A stretch of 52,941 nt of DNA from an uncultured Bacillales bacterium (GTDB lineage: Bacteria; Bacillota_I; Bacilli_A; RFN20; CAG-826): the NCBI GenBank assembly GCA_947306345.1, contig CAMZGG010000001.1, positions 1 to 52,941 on the forward strand. Direction: 5' to 3'. This document shows positions 52,894-52,941 of this stretch, one piece after another; position 1 is the stretch's first letter; each line of letters opens with the position of its first letter. Under the pieces are notes generated by a model. The model was not told the DNA's origin and did not search any database. It worked only from the letters and a program-made list of their open reading frames with translations. The translations under genes and the position numbers were made by a program.

Positions 52894-52941
52894 CGCGGAG
52901 TAGAGCAGTGGTAGCTCGTCAGGCCCATAACCTGGAGGTCG
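52894..52941 (+). tRNA. tRNA-Met (CAU), probable initiator; 3' part beyond the window
   Basis: CGCGGAGTAGAGCAGTGGTAGCTCGTCAGGCCCATAACCTGGAGGTCG. The C1 start and the GCTCGT-CAGGC-CCATAA-CCTG context resemble bacterial tRNA-fMet. The acceptor 3' strand cannot be seen. Confidence 0.7.

Overview
This is a 52.9-kb chromosomal segment from a low-GC, AT-rich bacterium. It uses the standard genetic code: TGA acts as a stop codon and the tRNA-Trp anticodon is CCA. The gene content looks Bacillota- or Mycoplasmatota-like (Acholeplasma/Erysipelotrichia-type). There are many lipobox lipoproteins with Ser-rich linkers, and no cell-wall synthesis genes in view. I call about 48 CDS and 7 tRNAs: Leu-CAG, Trp-CCA, Ala-UGC, a CAU tRNA that is probably Ile2, Ser-UGA, elongator Met-CAU on the minus strand, and a partial probable initiator Met at the right edge. 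I found no rRNA, CRISPR array, transposase or integrase. The left two thirds are accessory-type: XAT and Maa acetyltransferases, metallophosphoesterase lipoproteins, three alpha/beta hydrolases, two paralogous membrane GGDEF cyclases, an Ig-repeat/C11 protease lipoprotein, an acyl-CoA ligase, a PadR unit, an OmpR/HK pair with an FtsX-type ABC transporter, and a TetR/ABC operon. They also hold a GT8-acyltransferase fusion with a CrtO-like acyltransferase and YhhN, an M6 protease with an 85-codon poly-Ser run, MntP, MATE and two tandem CotH-like lipoproteins. The right end is housekeeping (rsmE, mtaB, rpmF, deoC, rpsU). The best candidate for an undescribed system is an orphan cassette immediately downstream of tRNA-Trp (about 14.0-16.7 kb). 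It has a leaderless small protein under a promoter flanked by a palindrome, an overlapping minimal nucleotidyltransferase-fold protein, a C39-like Cys-peptidase-fold protein and a convergent orphan. Other leads are a 9-mer (AAATCGCAA) shared upstream of both GGDEF genes and the glycolipid-type locus, a structured leader before the GT8 fusion, a 440-nt ORF-free gap, and duplicated GGWGGWGGQGG cassettes in a CotH paralog. All functional calls come from motif recognition by eye. No database search was run.
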